64,000 bases of DNA, taken from NCBI GenBank assembly GCA_965213705.1, contig OZ243913.1, forward strand, positions 64,001 through 128,000. The letters run 5' to 3'. This document shows positions 1 to 9,721 of the stretch, piece by piece. The notes beneath the pieces are model-generated. The model did no database searches. It saw only the letters and a list, made by a program, of their open reading frames with translations, and was not told the DNA's origin. The DNA is from Trueperaceae bacterium (GTDB lineage Bacteria; Deinococcota; Deinococci; Deinococcales; Trueperaceae). Position numbers and translations under genes: made by a program. Numbering within the stretch: the first letter of the stretch is position 1; each line of letters starts with the position of its first letter.

Positions 1-15
1 ATCTTATTTAGCCTG

Positions 16-1803
16 GTGGTTTTACTGTTGGCGGCCTGTTCACAGGTCAGCGTTCCGGCGGCCCCGGCCAACCTCGAGACCCTGAAAAAAGGTAAAAAGC
101 ACATCGTCGAAGCGCCCGTTGCAGAGCCGGTGAGCCAGTGTACGGCGCTGTACTCAGGTTCAAGCGCGCAGGCCGCGACCACCAACGCCGTCGTCGACCC
201 GAGCCTGAGCTATGGCAGCGTCGGCACGCTTATTTTGTCGTTCAACTTTGAAGACGCGCTTCAACCCGCCGCCGACTTTATCAGCGGCACCCTGGGCATC
301 GAGCAGGGCGAAGGCTTGGGTGTGTTCGAAAACCTGCCGATGCTGGCGGTCAAAGCGCCCATCACCCGGAGCTTCGTCGATACGCTTAAAACCAACCTGC
401 AACCCTACGGCCTATTGTCCATCTATCAAGACGCGCCGCTCCAGTACTTCTTGAACGAGTCTGCGAACTTTATCGGCGCGCCGGCCGCCCGTGAAGCCTT
501 CGGCGTGACGGGCAAGGGCGTGGGCGTCGCGGTCATCGACTCGGGCATCGACACCACCCAGGGCGACTTCGCAGGCGTGGTGCAGAACATCAAAATCATT
601 GCGCCGGTTGTCGACGTGGGCGTCGGCGGTTACTTTTTCTTGGAAGACCAGGCGAACAGCGACCTCACCTCGGGCCACGGTACGCACGTTTCGGGCACCA
701 TCGGCGGCAGCGGCGCAATGTCGGACGGCAAGTACGTGGGCATCGCTCCCGGCACGAGTTTGGTGGGCATCGGCGCGGGCGACGCGATTTCCATCCTCTA
801 CGCCCTCGAGGGTTTCGACTACGCGCTCAACCCCGAGCACCTGGACGCTTACAACATCCGCGTGATTTCGAACTCCTGGGGCACCTCGGGCCAGCACTTC
901 GCGCCCTTCAACCCCATCTCCATCGCCTCGAAGCGCGCCTACGATTTAGACGTGGTCGTGAACTTCGCGGCGGGCAACGACGGCCCCGACGCCGACACCC
1001 TCAACCCTTACAGCGCTTCGCCCTGCGTGATTTCGGTGGCGGCGGGCGACAAGAGCGGCTTCTTGGCGGACTTCTCGAGCCGCGGCGTTCCTGGTGACGA
1101 GTTCCACCACCCGGACATCACCGCGCCCGGCGTCAAAATTATCGCGCCCCGCGCCACGACCGGCGCGGTGACCCCGCCTTACACCAGCGACCTGGACTAC
1201 GGCGCGCACTACTCGTCGATTTCCGGCACCTCGATGGCGACCCCGCACATCTCGGGCGTGGTGGCGCTGATGCTCGAGGCCAACCCCGCGCTCAACTTGG
1301 ACGGCGTGCTCGGCATCATGGCCGACACCGCCAAGCCGATGTTCACCGCGGACGGCCGTCAGCTCAAGCTTTTTGAGGTCGGCGCGGGCTACGTGGACGC
1401 TTACGCTTCGGTGCAGCAGGCCGTCGCCACGGCGGGAACTCGCTACACGACCAGCACCTCAACGCTCGACACCTGGAACGGCAACGTTTCCTTGGCCGCT
1501 TCGGCTCCGGTGGGGGGCGACGTGGTCACGGCCGAGGACAACTACAGCTTGAGCGTGCCCGCAGGCGCTAGCGCGCTGCGCATCGTGACCGACTGGGGCA
1601 ACCCGGCGCTCGACCTGGACCTTTACGTCTACGACCCGAGCGGCAACTTGATTGCCTCGAGCGCCCAAGGTGCGAGCGTGTCCGAAGGCGTCGCCATTCC
1701 CAACCCGGCAGCCGGCAGCTACCGCGTGCAACTCAAGGGTTACCTCAATACTCCGACTAACTACACGGGTACGGCCGAAATCGACACGGTAACGGCTTTC
1801 TAA
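16..1803 (+). CDS. S8 subtilisin-like serine protease, probable lipoprotein, with C-terminal PPC-like domain (true start may lie before the window)
   Basis: Catalytic motifs VAVIDSGID, HGTHVSGTI and GTSMATPHISG; LAAC lipobox; C-terminal DLDLYVYDPSG PPC-type motif. Confidence 0.92.
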   Translation: MVLLLAACSQVSVPAAPANLETLKKGKKHIVEAPVAEPVSQCTALYSGSSAQAATTNAVVDPSLSYGSVGTLILSFNFEDALQPAADFISGTLGIEQGEGLGVFENLPMLAVKAPITRSFVDTLKTNLQPYGLLSIYQDAPLQYFLNESANFIGAPAAREAFGVTGKGVGVAVIDSGIDTTQGDFAGVVQNIKIIAPVVDVGVGGYFFLEDQANSDLTSGHGTHVSGTIGGSGAMSDGKYVGIAPGTSLVGIGAGDAISILYALEGFDYALNPEHLDAYNIRVISNSWGTSGQHFAPFNPISIASKRAYDLDVVVNFAAGNDGPDADTLNPYSASPCVISVAAGDKSGFLADFSSRGVPGDEFHHPDITAPGVKIIAPRATTGAVTPPYTSDLDYGAHYSSISGTSMATPHISGVVALMLEANPALNLDGVLGIMADTAKPMFTADGRQLKLFEVGAGYVDAYASVQQAVATAGTRYTTSTSTLDTWNGNVSLAASAPVGGDVVTAEDNYSLSVPAGASALRIVTDWGNPALDLDLYVYDPSGNLIASSAQGASVSEGVAIPNPAAGSYRVQLKGYLNTPTNYTGTAEIDTVTAF

Positions 1804-1828
1804 TTTCTAAAGGTTTTCCAAGAAAACG

Positions 1829-1856
1829 AAAGGGCTGGCCTCGGCTGGCCCTTTTT
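1829..1856. terminator. Probable bidirectional intrinsic terminator between convergent genes
   Basis: aaagggctggcc-tc-ggctggcccttttt hairpin with A/T flanks. Confidence 0.7.
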
Positions 1857-1859
1857 GCT

Positions 1860-2540
1860 TTACAGCTCGAGCCCCCGGCTGAGCGCGGGTGCGTTCAAGC
1901 GGTACTCGCCGCGGGTGCCTTCCAGCAAACCTTCGTCGCGCAACTCGGCAATCGCCATCGACACCGACACGCGGGTGGCGGTAATCATCGCGGCGAGTTC
2001 TTCGTGTTTGAGTTCGGTCGACAGTCGCAGCCAACCCCCTTCCTCGGGAACGCCGAAGCGGTCGGCTTGCTCTAAAAGCACCTTGGCGACGCGAGCCCGC
2101 ACGGGCGCGTAAGACGAGCTGAGCTGCTCGCGGCAGTCGAACAGGTGTGACGCCAAAATTTCGGCAAAGGTCAGTACAAAGGTCGGCGCTTTCAGGGCCA
2201 TTTCGGTAAACTGTTCACGGCTCACCGGGCAGGTCACGGCGTCGGTCAACGCGACCGCGTCGACGCGGTAGTGCGCGTTCTCGGACAAAAACGCCTCACC
2301 GAACAGGTCGTTGGGGCCGAGAATTGCCAGGATGCGTTCGCTGCCGTTGGCGCTCAAGGTGACGAGCTTGACTTGGCCCTGCGCCAGCACGTGTAAACTC
2401 GTGGCGGGGTCGCCGGCAAAAAAGACGGTGTCGCCCTTTTTGAAACGCTTGTCCGGACACACCCGCATAAAGACCGCCATGTCTTCTTCACTGACCCGCT
2501 GGGCGAAGGCGGTGTCCTTGACGTACCAGGGCTTGACCAT
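1860..2540 (-). CDS. Crp/Fnr family transcriptional regulator
   Basis: cNMP-binding barrel (GQVKL...GPNDLFGE) and C-terminal HTH (HEELAAMITATRVSVS). Confidence 0.92.
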   Translation of the reverse strand: MVKPWYVKDTAFAQRVSEEDMAVFMRVCPDKRFKKGDTVFFAGDPATSLHVLAQGQVKLVTLSANGSERILAILGPNDLFGEAFLSENAHYRVDAVALTDAVTCPVSREQFTEMALKAPTFVLTFAEILASHLFDCREQLSSSYAPVRARVAKVLLEQADRFGVPEEGGWLRLSTELKHEELAAMITATRVSVSMAIAELRDEGLLEGTRGEYRLNAPALSRGLEL

Positions 2541-2863
2541 AAACCTCTCCTTTACGCCAATTATATATAGCGCCCGAACCTCACGAATGTCTAACGGCAG
2601 GGTGGCAAAGGAAAAAGGCTCGGGAAAAAGGTCTCAGGAAAAAGGAGAAAGAGGGTTCGACCGAACGCGAGCGTGCCGCCCTTTTCCCTTTCCACTTTTT
2701 CCTTTCTCTTGTTTTCTCGCTTGACTCCCCCTCTCGTACAGCAGTTGACGGTGCGCGGGGAGCAAACTTCCTATCGTTACCAGGACGTGAGAGGTAACGA
2801 ATGGCGGCTTGCCAACAATCAAGGGTAAAGTGGCGGGGTACGGAAGGGATATTCGCTGCTTTT

Positions 2864-3469
2864 ATGGTTGACAAAGCTTTACGCGTTCCGAAAAGAAAAC
2901 TGCTCGAGCCCCTGGCAAAGCGTCTGAACGGCGTTTCGCCCACCACCCTGACGGTGCTGGGCCTCGGGGCGGGGTTGCTGTGCGCGGTTGCGGCGCTGGC
3001 GGGCCAGGGGGGATTGGCGTTTGTACTCTGGCTGGTCAACCGGCTGCTCGACGGTCTTGACGGCGAGTTGGCGCGCGTGTTCGACCGCCAAAGTGACTTG
3101 GGCGGCTACTTCGACATCATGGCCGACTTAGTGGTGTATGCCGCCGTGCCCGTCGGCCTGTATTACGGGTACGGCGGTCCCGGCACGCTGACAGCCCTCG
3201 TCGTGCTGCTGAGCAGCTACTACGTCAACGCGGGCTCGTGGATGTACCTGTCGAGCTTGCTCGAGAAACGCAGCCGGGGCGCATCCGCGCAGGGCGAGGC
3301 GACGAGCGTCACCATGCCGGGCGGACTGGTCGAGGGGGCGGAAACGGTGGTGTTTTACAGTTTGTTTTTGCTGTTCCCCGGTGCCCTGGCCCTTCTTTTT
3401 TGGACCATGAGCGCGCTCGTCGCCGTGACGATGGTGCAGCGTTTAGTATGGGCACGCCGCCACCTTTAG
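2864..3469 (+). CDS. CDP-alcohol phosphatidyltransferase family protein (YnjF-like)
   Basis: DGLDGELAR...GGYFDIMAD signature; hydrophobic; start set at ATG 2864. Confidence 0.88.
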   Translation: MVDKALRVPKRKLLEPLAKRLNGVSPTTLTVLGLGAGLLCAVAALAGQGGLAFVLWLVNRLLDGLDGELARVFDRQSDLGGYFDIMADLVVYAAVPVGLYYGYGGPGTLTALVVLLSSYYVNAGSWMYLSSLLEKRSRGASAQGEATSVTMPGGLVEGAETVVFYSLFLLFPGALALLFWTMSALVAVTMVQRLVWARRHL

Positions 3470-3524
3470 AGCAGCTTGGTTCAAACAGTGCAGCCTGATT
3501 CAAGTAGTGCAGCTTGATTCAAGG
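3468..3524. repeat. Degenerate 19-bp tandem repeat x3 (agtgcagcttgattcaagN)
   Basis: Units at 3468, 3487 and 3506. Confidence 0.8.
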
Positions 3525-3631
3525 CAGTCCGGTTTAAGACCGCGCAGAACGGGGCGAGTACCGAGTGCAAAAGAGTCGAAACGGCTCGAGCCCCCGCTCC
3601 TCCGCCGAGAAATTCTCGAGTAAGGAAAGCT

Positions 3632-4378
3632 ATGGAAGCCAGCCCCACCCCGGCCGCAACCGCTGACAAGGCGAACGCCTCTTTTTGGCACAAACACTGG
3701 CAAAAGGTGCTGGCGGCGCTGTTCTGGCTGCTGCTGACAGGCGCTTACCTGTTTTACACGCTGAGCCGCGGCGTGTCGCCGTTGTCGCTGGAGGCGTTGC
3801 GCCCGCTGCTGGACTTGGCGGACAACCGTTGGGGGCCGCTGCTGTTTATCGGGCTGTACACGGTGAGGCCGTTCGTGCTGTTCTCGTCGGTGCTGCTCAC
3901 CTTAGCCGCGGGCGCGCTGTTCGGCCCGGTGTGGGGTGTGGTGTACACGGTGGTGGGGGCGAACATCGGCTCGAGCCTGGCCTACCTCGTCGGGCGCACC
4001 TTCGGCGGGAATTTGCTGAACGTCGAAGAGGACGGCAAGGGCGTCGGCAAGTACGTCAAGCGGATGCGCGAAAACAGCTTCGAGACGATTCTCATCATGC
4101 GGCTTATTTACATTCCTTACGACCTGGTAACCTACCTGGCGGGTTTTTTGAAAATCAACTACGGCGCGTTTTTGTTGGCGACCGTGTTGGGCTCGTTGCC
4201 GGGGACGATTTCGGTGGCGCTGCTGGGCGCGTCGGCGGGTTTGGACGGCGGCGCGCCGAGTTTCGACCCGCGCGTGCTGCTCGTCTCGGTCGGGTTGTTC
4301 GTGGTGAGCATCGGGGTCTCGAGGCTCGTCAAACGTTCTGAGAACAAAGGGGGCGAAGATGGAGGCGAAAATGACTGA
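3632..4378 (+). CDS. TVP38/TMEM64 (SNARE-associated, YdjX-like) membrane protein
   Basis: LTLAAGALFGPVWG...IMRLIYIPYDLVTYLAG...ATVLGSLPG pattern. Confidence 0.88.
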   Translation: MEASPTPAATADKANASFWHKHWQKVLAALFWLLLTGAYLFYTLSRGVSPLSLEALRPLLDLADNRWGPLLFIGLYTVRPFVLFSSVLLTLAAGALFGPVWGVVYTVVGANIGSSLAYLVGRTFGGNLLNVEEDGKGVGKYVKRMRENSFETILIMRLIYIPYDLVTYLAGFLKINYGAFLLATVLGSLPGTISVALLGASAGLDGGAPSFDPRVLLVSVGLFVVSIGVSRLVKRSENKGGEDGGEND

Positions 4379-5828
4379 GTTGCATACCCGTGAATTTCAC
4401 ACGGCCGTCATCGGCGCGGGTTCGGGCGGCCTGACCGTGGCCGTAGGCTTGTCGGGCTTGGGCAAAAGCGTCGCGTTGGTCGAGAAAAAGTACGTCGGCG
4501 GCGACTGCACCAACGTGGGCTGCGTGCCCTCGAAAACGCTTATTCACCTGGCAAAGCACGCCGAAAACATGAGTCCCGCCGAAATTTTAGCCAAGGTGCG
4601 CGCGCACCGCGACGAACTGCGCATTGAAGAAACCGAGTGGGTCAAGGGGATGGAGCACGTCACTTTTTTCGAGGGCGAGGCGACTTTTCAAGACGCGAAC
4701 ACGCTCGCCGTCGCCCTGGACGGTGGCGGCACCGAATATTTGCGGGCGCGCAACATCGTCATCGCCACGGGCTCGGTGCCGGTGCGGATTCCCTTGGAGG
4801 GTCTGCCGGACGCAAAAACCCTGACCAACGAGAGTTTGTTCGATTTGGAAAGTTTGCCCGAGCATCTCGTCATCGTCGGCGGCGGCATTATCGGCTGTGA
4901 AATGGCGTTCGCGTTCGCCAAGCTCGGCAGTAAGGTGAGCGTGGTCGACTTGGCCGAGCGCGTCCTGAGCCCGCTCGAGCCCGAGGTCTCCGCGCTCGTC
5001 GCCAGGCGGTTCAACGCCCTGGGCGTGGACGTTTACCTCCGGGCCAAGGGCTCACGCTTTGAAGACGCCACGGGTACGCTTTTTTTGGACCAGGCGGGGC
5101 GCGAGGTGCGGCTCGAACGCGTCGACAAGGTCTTGCTCGCCATCGGGCGCAAACCGCAGCTCGACATAGGCCTGGACAAGATAGGCTTGACTCCGACCAA
5201 ACAGGGTTTGCCGACGAACGCCTGGGGCCGCACCGCGGTCAAAAGCGTCTACGCCATCGGCGACGTAAACCCAAACTCGGCCTTTACCCATTCGGCCAAC
5301 GCCGAGGGCCGCAGGCTCGTCCAGAAACTCGCGTTTCCTTACCTGCCGGTCGGCAAGGAACCCGTCTACCCGAGCGCGACCTTCACCAGTCCCGAAGTTT
5401 CGCAAGTCGGCCCGACCTTGGCCGAGCTGACCAAAAAACTTCACCCCAGCCTCGTCAAAAGTTACCGCGTCGACCTCAAAGACACCGACCGGGGCTACAC
5501 GCAATTTTTTGACAAAGACGACGGCTTTGTGTTGGTTCACGCGATGCGACTCACCGGGCGGGTGTTGTCCGCGACGGTCGTCGCTCATACCGCCTCTGAA
5601 ATGATTCCGCTCTTGACTTACGCCGTGAACAACCGCGTGAGCATGTACACACTCTCCGGCCACGTTTTTCCCTACCCGACCCTGTCCGAGGCCGTCAAAA
5701 AAGCCGCGACGAACTACCTGACCGAAACGCTGCCCGAGCTGCCGAGCGAACTGTTCGGTTACCTGCGGCACCGCTTTTTCAGGTACGAACCGGAGCCGCA
5801 AGCCAGGGCCGTCCCGGCAACGACCTGA
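4371..5828 (+). CDS. Pyridine nucleotide-disulfide oxidoreductase (MerA-like/dihydrolipoamide dehydrogenase family)
   Basis: GAGSGG FAD site, GGDCTNVGCVPSK redox disulfide, GGGIIG NAD site, YPT near the C-terminus; overlaps the upstream gene. Confidence 0.9.
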   Translation: MTELHTREFHTAVIGAGSGGLTVAVGLSGLGKSVALVEKKYVGGDCTNVGCVPSKTLIHLAKHAENMSPAEILAKVRAHRDELRIEETEWVKGMEHVTFFEGEATFQDANTLAVALDGGGTEYLRARNIVIATGSVPVRIPLEGLPDAKTLTNESLFDLESLPEHLVIVGGGIIGCEMAFAFAKLGSKVSVVDLAERVLSPLEPEVSALVARRFNALGVDVYLRAKGSRFEDATGTLFLDQAGREVRLERVDKVLLAIGRKPQLDIGLDKIGLTPTKQGLPTNAWGRTAVKSVYAIGDVNPNSAFTHSANAEGRRLVQKLAFPYLPVGKEPVYPSATFTSPEVSQVGPTLAELTKKLHPSLVKSYRVDLKDTDRGYTQFFDKDDGFVLVHAMRLTGRVLSATVVAHTASEMIPLLTYAVNNRVSMYTLSGHVFPYPTLSEAVKKAATNYLTETLPELPSELFGYLRHRFFRYEPEPQARAVPATT

Positions 5829-5857
5829 AACGCCGGTAAAAACGAGCAGCCGCCGGC

Positions 5858-6625
5858 CTAGCGCGCTTTGTCCGCGAAGTGCTTTTTGAGTTGCCGCAAC
5901 CACACACCATTGTCACGGCGGTAAAGTCCGGACGAGCGCTGGAAGTATTTTTGGGCTTGCCCCACCACCTCGCGCGCTTCTTCAGTTCGTCCGGCTTTCT
6001 CGAGGGCGACGGCCAGGTGATAGCGGGGCTCTTCGCTCAGACCGCGCTGCACCAGACTGCGGTACTCGGCCACGGCCTCATCCAAAAAGCCCCGGCCTTC
6101 TAAGGCTCGAGCCCGCAACAGACGCACCCGGTCGGTCTCGAAACCGGGCGAGTCTTCTAAAATTTTGTCCAGCAGGGTTTGCGCTTGTGCAAACTCGCCT
6201 CTTTGCAAGTAGGCGCTCGCCAACACCGTCAACCCCTGGGGGTCGCTGGCGAAAACGCCCTTCAGGCCGCCTTTGAGCACGTCTATCGCCTCGTCGGTGC
6301 GCTCTGCGGCCAGCAACTCTTCGGCGTAGGCTTGGCGCACGACAAGCGTGTCTTGTTCTTGAAGTTGTTCTTCTAAGGCTTGTAAGCGGCGGCCCGGCCG
6401 CAGGGTGTCGGCAACCCGCACCCCGGCCCGCTGAAAACCGCCGCCCGAAAAACCGCGGCCGGCCTGCAGCGACGGCAACATCTCGGCGAAGAAGTAAATC
6501 AAAAAGCCGAGCACCGGCACGAACACGATAAAGGCAATCCACAAAAGCTTGCCCTGCCGGTACGCGTGAACCGCCGTGACAACTTGCGCGATAAGAATGA
6601 GGATTCCGGAAACTGAAAGGGTCAT
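5858..6625 (-). CDS. Membrane-anchored tetratricopeptide repeat protein
   Basis: Two N-terminal TM segments (WIAFIVFVPVLG) followed by TPR-like helices. Confidence 0.75.
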   Translation of the reverse strand: MTLSVSGILILIAQVVTAVHAYRQGKLLWIAFIVFVPVLGFLIYFFAEMLPSLQAGRGFSGGGFQRAGVRVADTLRPGRRLQALEEQLQEQDTLVVRQAYAEELLAAERTDEAIDVLKGGLKGVFASDPQGLTVLASAYLQRGEFAQAQTLLDKILEDSPGFETDRVRLLRARALEGRGFLDEAVAEYRSLVQRGLSEEPRYHLAVALEKAGRTEEAREVVGQAQKYFQRSSGLYRRDNGVWLRQLKKHFADKAR

Positions 6626-6703
6626 AGTTTGGGATGCGCTTTCACAGCCAGTTTACCCGTCTGTAGCCCGAAAAGGGGTGCGGCGGCGAACGTGGCCCTA
6701 AGC

Positions 6704-7903
6704 TCAGCGGCTTTCCAGGGCCCGCCGCTGCGCTTCTTTCAACACCGTCGCCGGGTCGGCCCCGCCCTTGGTCGCGCGCTCGACGGCTTCTTGCAAGTAA
6801 CCCTGCCACACCACGTAAGCGCCGACGCGCGGACGGTAGACGGCGTGCTCGAGCTGCGCCAAGGCCGCACCGCGGTTGGGCGCGGCGGCGTACCAAGGTT
6901 GCAAAATCTCCACCACGGAACGGCTCACCGGCAACGAGTAAGACGCTTCGACCCAGCGCGCCTGAACGTCGGGCCGCATCAGAAATTCCCAAAACGCGAA
7001 CGCCCCGCGCCGCTGCTCTTCGCTGGCGCTGTTCAACACGACGAGTTGCGAACCCATCAGCGGCACGGCTTGGCTGGCCCCCGTCGGCACCGGTGTCGAA
7101 GCGACTTCGAAAGCGACCGAAAACCGTTCCCCCTGCGGAAAAAACGCCTCGCTGGCGAGCGCCATCATACCTTTGGTACGGGCGAAGTCCACAAGGGCCT
7201 GGTCGAGTTCGCCCGCACCGCGCGGAATCGAGTGCCGCTCTTTAGCCAGACGTTGCAACATCGTAAGCGCGTCAATCGCTTCCGGGCTGTCGAAGTTGGG
7301 TCGGCCGTCGTCGGTGACGACCTGGCCGCCCCGCGTCGTCACCAAAGTTTCGAAGATAAAGGCTATCGCCACGTCGATGTAGCCTTTGGTGTTGCGGGTG
7401 GTCAGGCGCGCGGCCGCCGCCTCGAAGTCCGCCCAAGTGGTGGGCGGTGTGAGGTTGAACTGCTTGAACACGCTCGCGTTGTAAAACAGCACGGGCATCG
7501 ACATGCTCCAGGGCAAGCCGTAGCGCTCGCCGTCCAAGACGCCGTAACCCCACAGCGCTGGGTAAAAGTCGTTTGTCAGCGTTTCGGGCAGGGCGGCGCT
7601 CAAGTCGCTCAAGTCGGCCAGACTGCCCTCTTCAGCCAGACGCGGAAACACCGTGACCTCGGCGTCGAACAGCACCGGCACGTTGCCGCCGCCAAGCGCC
7701 GCCGCGAGTTTCAGCGCCGACTCCTGGTAACTGCCGGTATATTCCGGCACAATCCGGTACTCGCCCTGCGCGGCGTTGAACTCGTCGGCGAGGGTCTGGA
7801 GAAGCGTTTCAGACGTGTCTTGAGAGTGCCAAAAAGGAACGACGGTTTGGGCGCTCGCTAAACTCAGGCACAGCGCCGCGAGAAAAGCTACGAAAGGTTT
7901 CAT
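6704..7903 (-). CDS. ABC transporter sugar/glycerol-phosphate-type substrate-binding protein
   Basis: Signal peptide, VPFWH, YGLPWSMSMPVLFYNASVF, PPTTWADF; leaderless TACACT-N6-ATG start. Confidence 0.88.
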   Translation of the reverse strand: MKPFVAFLAALCLSLASAQTVVPFWHSQDTSETLLQTLADEFNAAQGEYRIVPEYTGSYQESALKLAAALGGGNVPVLFDAEVTVFPRLAEEGSLADLSDLSAALPETLTNDFYPALWGYGVLDGERYGLPWSMSMPVLFYNASVFKQFNLTPPTTWADFEAAAARLTTRNTKGYIDVAIAFIFETLVTTRGGQVVTDDGRPNFDSPEAIDALTMLQRLAKERHSIPRGAGELDQALVDFARTKGMMALASEAFFPQGERFSVAFEVASTPVPTGASQAVPLMGSQLVVLNSASEEQRRGAFAFWEFLMRPDVQARWVEASYSLPVSRSVVEILQPWYAAAPNRGAALAQLEHAVYRPRVGAYVVWQGYLQEAVERATKGGADPATVLKEAQRRALESR

Positions 7904-8069
7904 GGTATCAGTGTAGCGAACCCCAAGGGGTGTGTTTGGGTCTTTCAACGCTTTGCCGAGGTTGGGGTGAGGATGTCGGGCTCGTGCAAGCCGCTTAGCG
8001 AAGTTGGTTTTAGTATGCAAAAAACATTTCGACAAGATTGAGGTGAGAGAGCCGTTTCTGCCTTTGATA

Positions 8070-8098
8070 AAGGTTTCAGTGAACGTCACTGAAACCTT
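8070..8098 (-). terminator. Hairpin, probable terminator downstream of the fasciclin-like gene
   Basis: Perfect 13-bp stem aaggtttcagtga/tcactgaaacctt with 3-nt loop. Confidence 0.65.
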
Positions 8099-8131
8099 AT
8101 TGTAATATCTCCGGCCTAAGGTTCCTGGCCC

Positions 8132-8755
8132 TCAGTCGGACCAATCGAAGTCGTCGAAAAGTGGAGCCTCGGAAAAGCACAGATACCCGTACACGCTCGG
8201 ACCTCCCTCTGAACCTTCTTCGAACGTGCAATAGCGCGTGGGGACGCCGTTGGCGTAGACGACGCCCACGGCGCGGCTGAAGTCGGTTGTCAGTTCAATA
8301 CTGCGACCACCGGCGCTCGTGTAGGTTTGCAAGACGCCGTCCTGTGTGTTATTCACCAGGGCATCGGCGAGGATGAGGTGGCTCAACAGAAATTCGCGCA
8401 GTTTGGGATGTTTTAAGAACGCCTCTTCGCTCAGCCCTTGCGCGGCGATGTACTTTCTTAAAGCTGCGTCACCTACCCTGAAAACGGTTTCCGACGAACC
8501 ACAGGCCGAGTCTGCGCCAAAAGAGATGTTCCCCTCGTTAACAAAATAAAACGAGAGCGGGAAATGGTCGTCTGAAAGTTGCTCGATGACGCCCGAGGCA
8601 ATGACGGCTCGAGCGCTCAGGTCACCGACGGCAGCCAAGCGTTCGATGAGAGTAGTCAACCGAAACTGCTCTACCTCACATCCGTTGTCGGTGGCTTTAG
8701 CCGCGCAACCCGCCATCAGGAAAACGAGCACGATGCCGAGCAAAACGTTTCTCAT
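8132..8755 (-). CDS. Lipoprotein with divergent fasciclin (FAS1)-like domain
   Basis: MAGC lipobox; TVFRVGDAAL...LREFLLSHLI resembles FAS1 TVFAPTDAAF...LxxILLYHVV. Confidence 0.55.
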   Translation of the reverse strand: MRNVLLGIVLVFLMAGCAAKATDNGCEVEQFRLTTLIERLAAVGDLSARAVIASGVIEQLSDDHFPLSFYFVNEGNISFGADSACGSSETVFRVGDAALRKYIAAQGLSEEAFLKHPKLREFLLSHLILADALVNNTQDGVLQTYTSAGGRSIELTTDFSRAVGVVYANGVPTRYCTFEEGSEGGPSVYGYLCFSEAPLFDDFDWSD

Positions 8756-8841
8756 CCGAACACCTCCGTCAGCATCAATAGTAGGTGTTGACGGCAGCAA
8801 TAGCAAGGCCGCTCGTTCGTCTTTTATTCTGGCTCGAGCCT

Positions 8842-9618
8842 TTACTTGAAGCTCGCCTCGAAAACTTTAACGATGCGCTCTTCAAACACCACGTAAAGAA
8901 TGACGATGGGCAGGGTCGTGACGAACGCTGCCGCGCCCAACAAACCCCAGTCGAGAGGGCGGCTTTTCAAGAGGTCGTTGAGAAAAACCTGCACCGTCCA
9001 CAGCTCTCTTTGCCCCGCCATCACCTTCGGGAACAGCACGAGGTTCCAGTGCGCGGCGAAACCCAAAATCCCGGCGGCGGCCAGTTCGGGCCGCAGCAGC
9101 GGCGCGACGACCCTGAAGAGCGTCGCGGTTTGCCCCGCCCCGTCCAGACTCGCCGCCTCGACGAGTTCCCAAGGGACGCGCTTTAGAGACTGGAACAGCA
9201 AAAAGATGACGAACGGGCTCGCCAGAAAGGGCACCACGAGCGCCCAAAAGGTGTTGAGCAGCCCGAACACCTGCAACTCCCGGTAGAGCGGCACCAGCAG
9301 CAACTCGGCCGGCAGCGCGAGGACGAGCAGAATGAGCGGTAAGATTCTAAGCCCGCTGCGCATTGCGTAAGCCGCCGCCAGCCCGATGAGAAGTTGCCCC
9401 GCCACCGTCAAGCCGCTCGCCAACAGCGATACAAGAAGCGCGCGCCACAGCCCGGTCCCGCTCAGCGCCGCAAAGTTCGCCAAACTCAAACCCGACGGCA
9501 CGAGGCGCGCGTTCAGCACCGCCTCGGGCGGCAAAAACGCCGAGTACAGCAGCCACAAAATCGGCAACGCGGCGAAGATGCAGAACACGAAAGTGACGAG
9601 GCGCTGGAAAGTTTTCAT
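8842..9618 (-). CDS. Carbohydrate ABC transporter permease
   Basis: EAA loop ELVEAASLDGA; multiple TM segments. Confidence 0.92.
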   Translation of the reverse strand: MKTFQRLVTFVFCIFAALPILWLLYSAFLPPEAVLNARLVPSGLSLANFAALSGTGLWRALLVSLLASGLTVAGQLLIGLAAAYAMRSGLRILPLILLVLALPAELLLVPLYRELQVFGLLNTFWALVVPFLASPFVIFLLFQSLKRVPWELVEAASLDGAGQTATLFRVVAPLLRPELAAAGILGFAAHWNLVLFPKVMAGQRELWTVQVFLNDLLKSRPLDWGLLGAAAFVTTLPIVILYVVFEERIVKVFEASFK

Positions 9619-9696
9619 GCTTTTACGCCGGGTGAGGGAGGTGGGAAGTTGGAGAGGTAGGAAGACGGAGGGTAAGAGCTTTTGATTTTACTTTCA

Positions 9697-9720
9697 ACTC
9701 GGTACTCGGCACTCGGTACT
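9697..9720. repeat. Heptamer (ACTCGGT)n intergenic repeat
   Basis: actcggtactcggcactcggtact; same family at 23052, 59793 and 60624. Confidence 0.75.
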
Positions 9721-9721
9721 C

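Noticed and set aside
4371..5828. merA mercury resistance gene
   Set aside because: No C-terminal Cys-Cys pair, no N-terminal HMA domain, no mer operon
6629..7861. Long alternative ORFs (also 11592-13157, 20524-21435, 55084-56445, 58166-59236)
   Set aside because: Antisense or off-frame shadows of well-supported genes, expected at high GC
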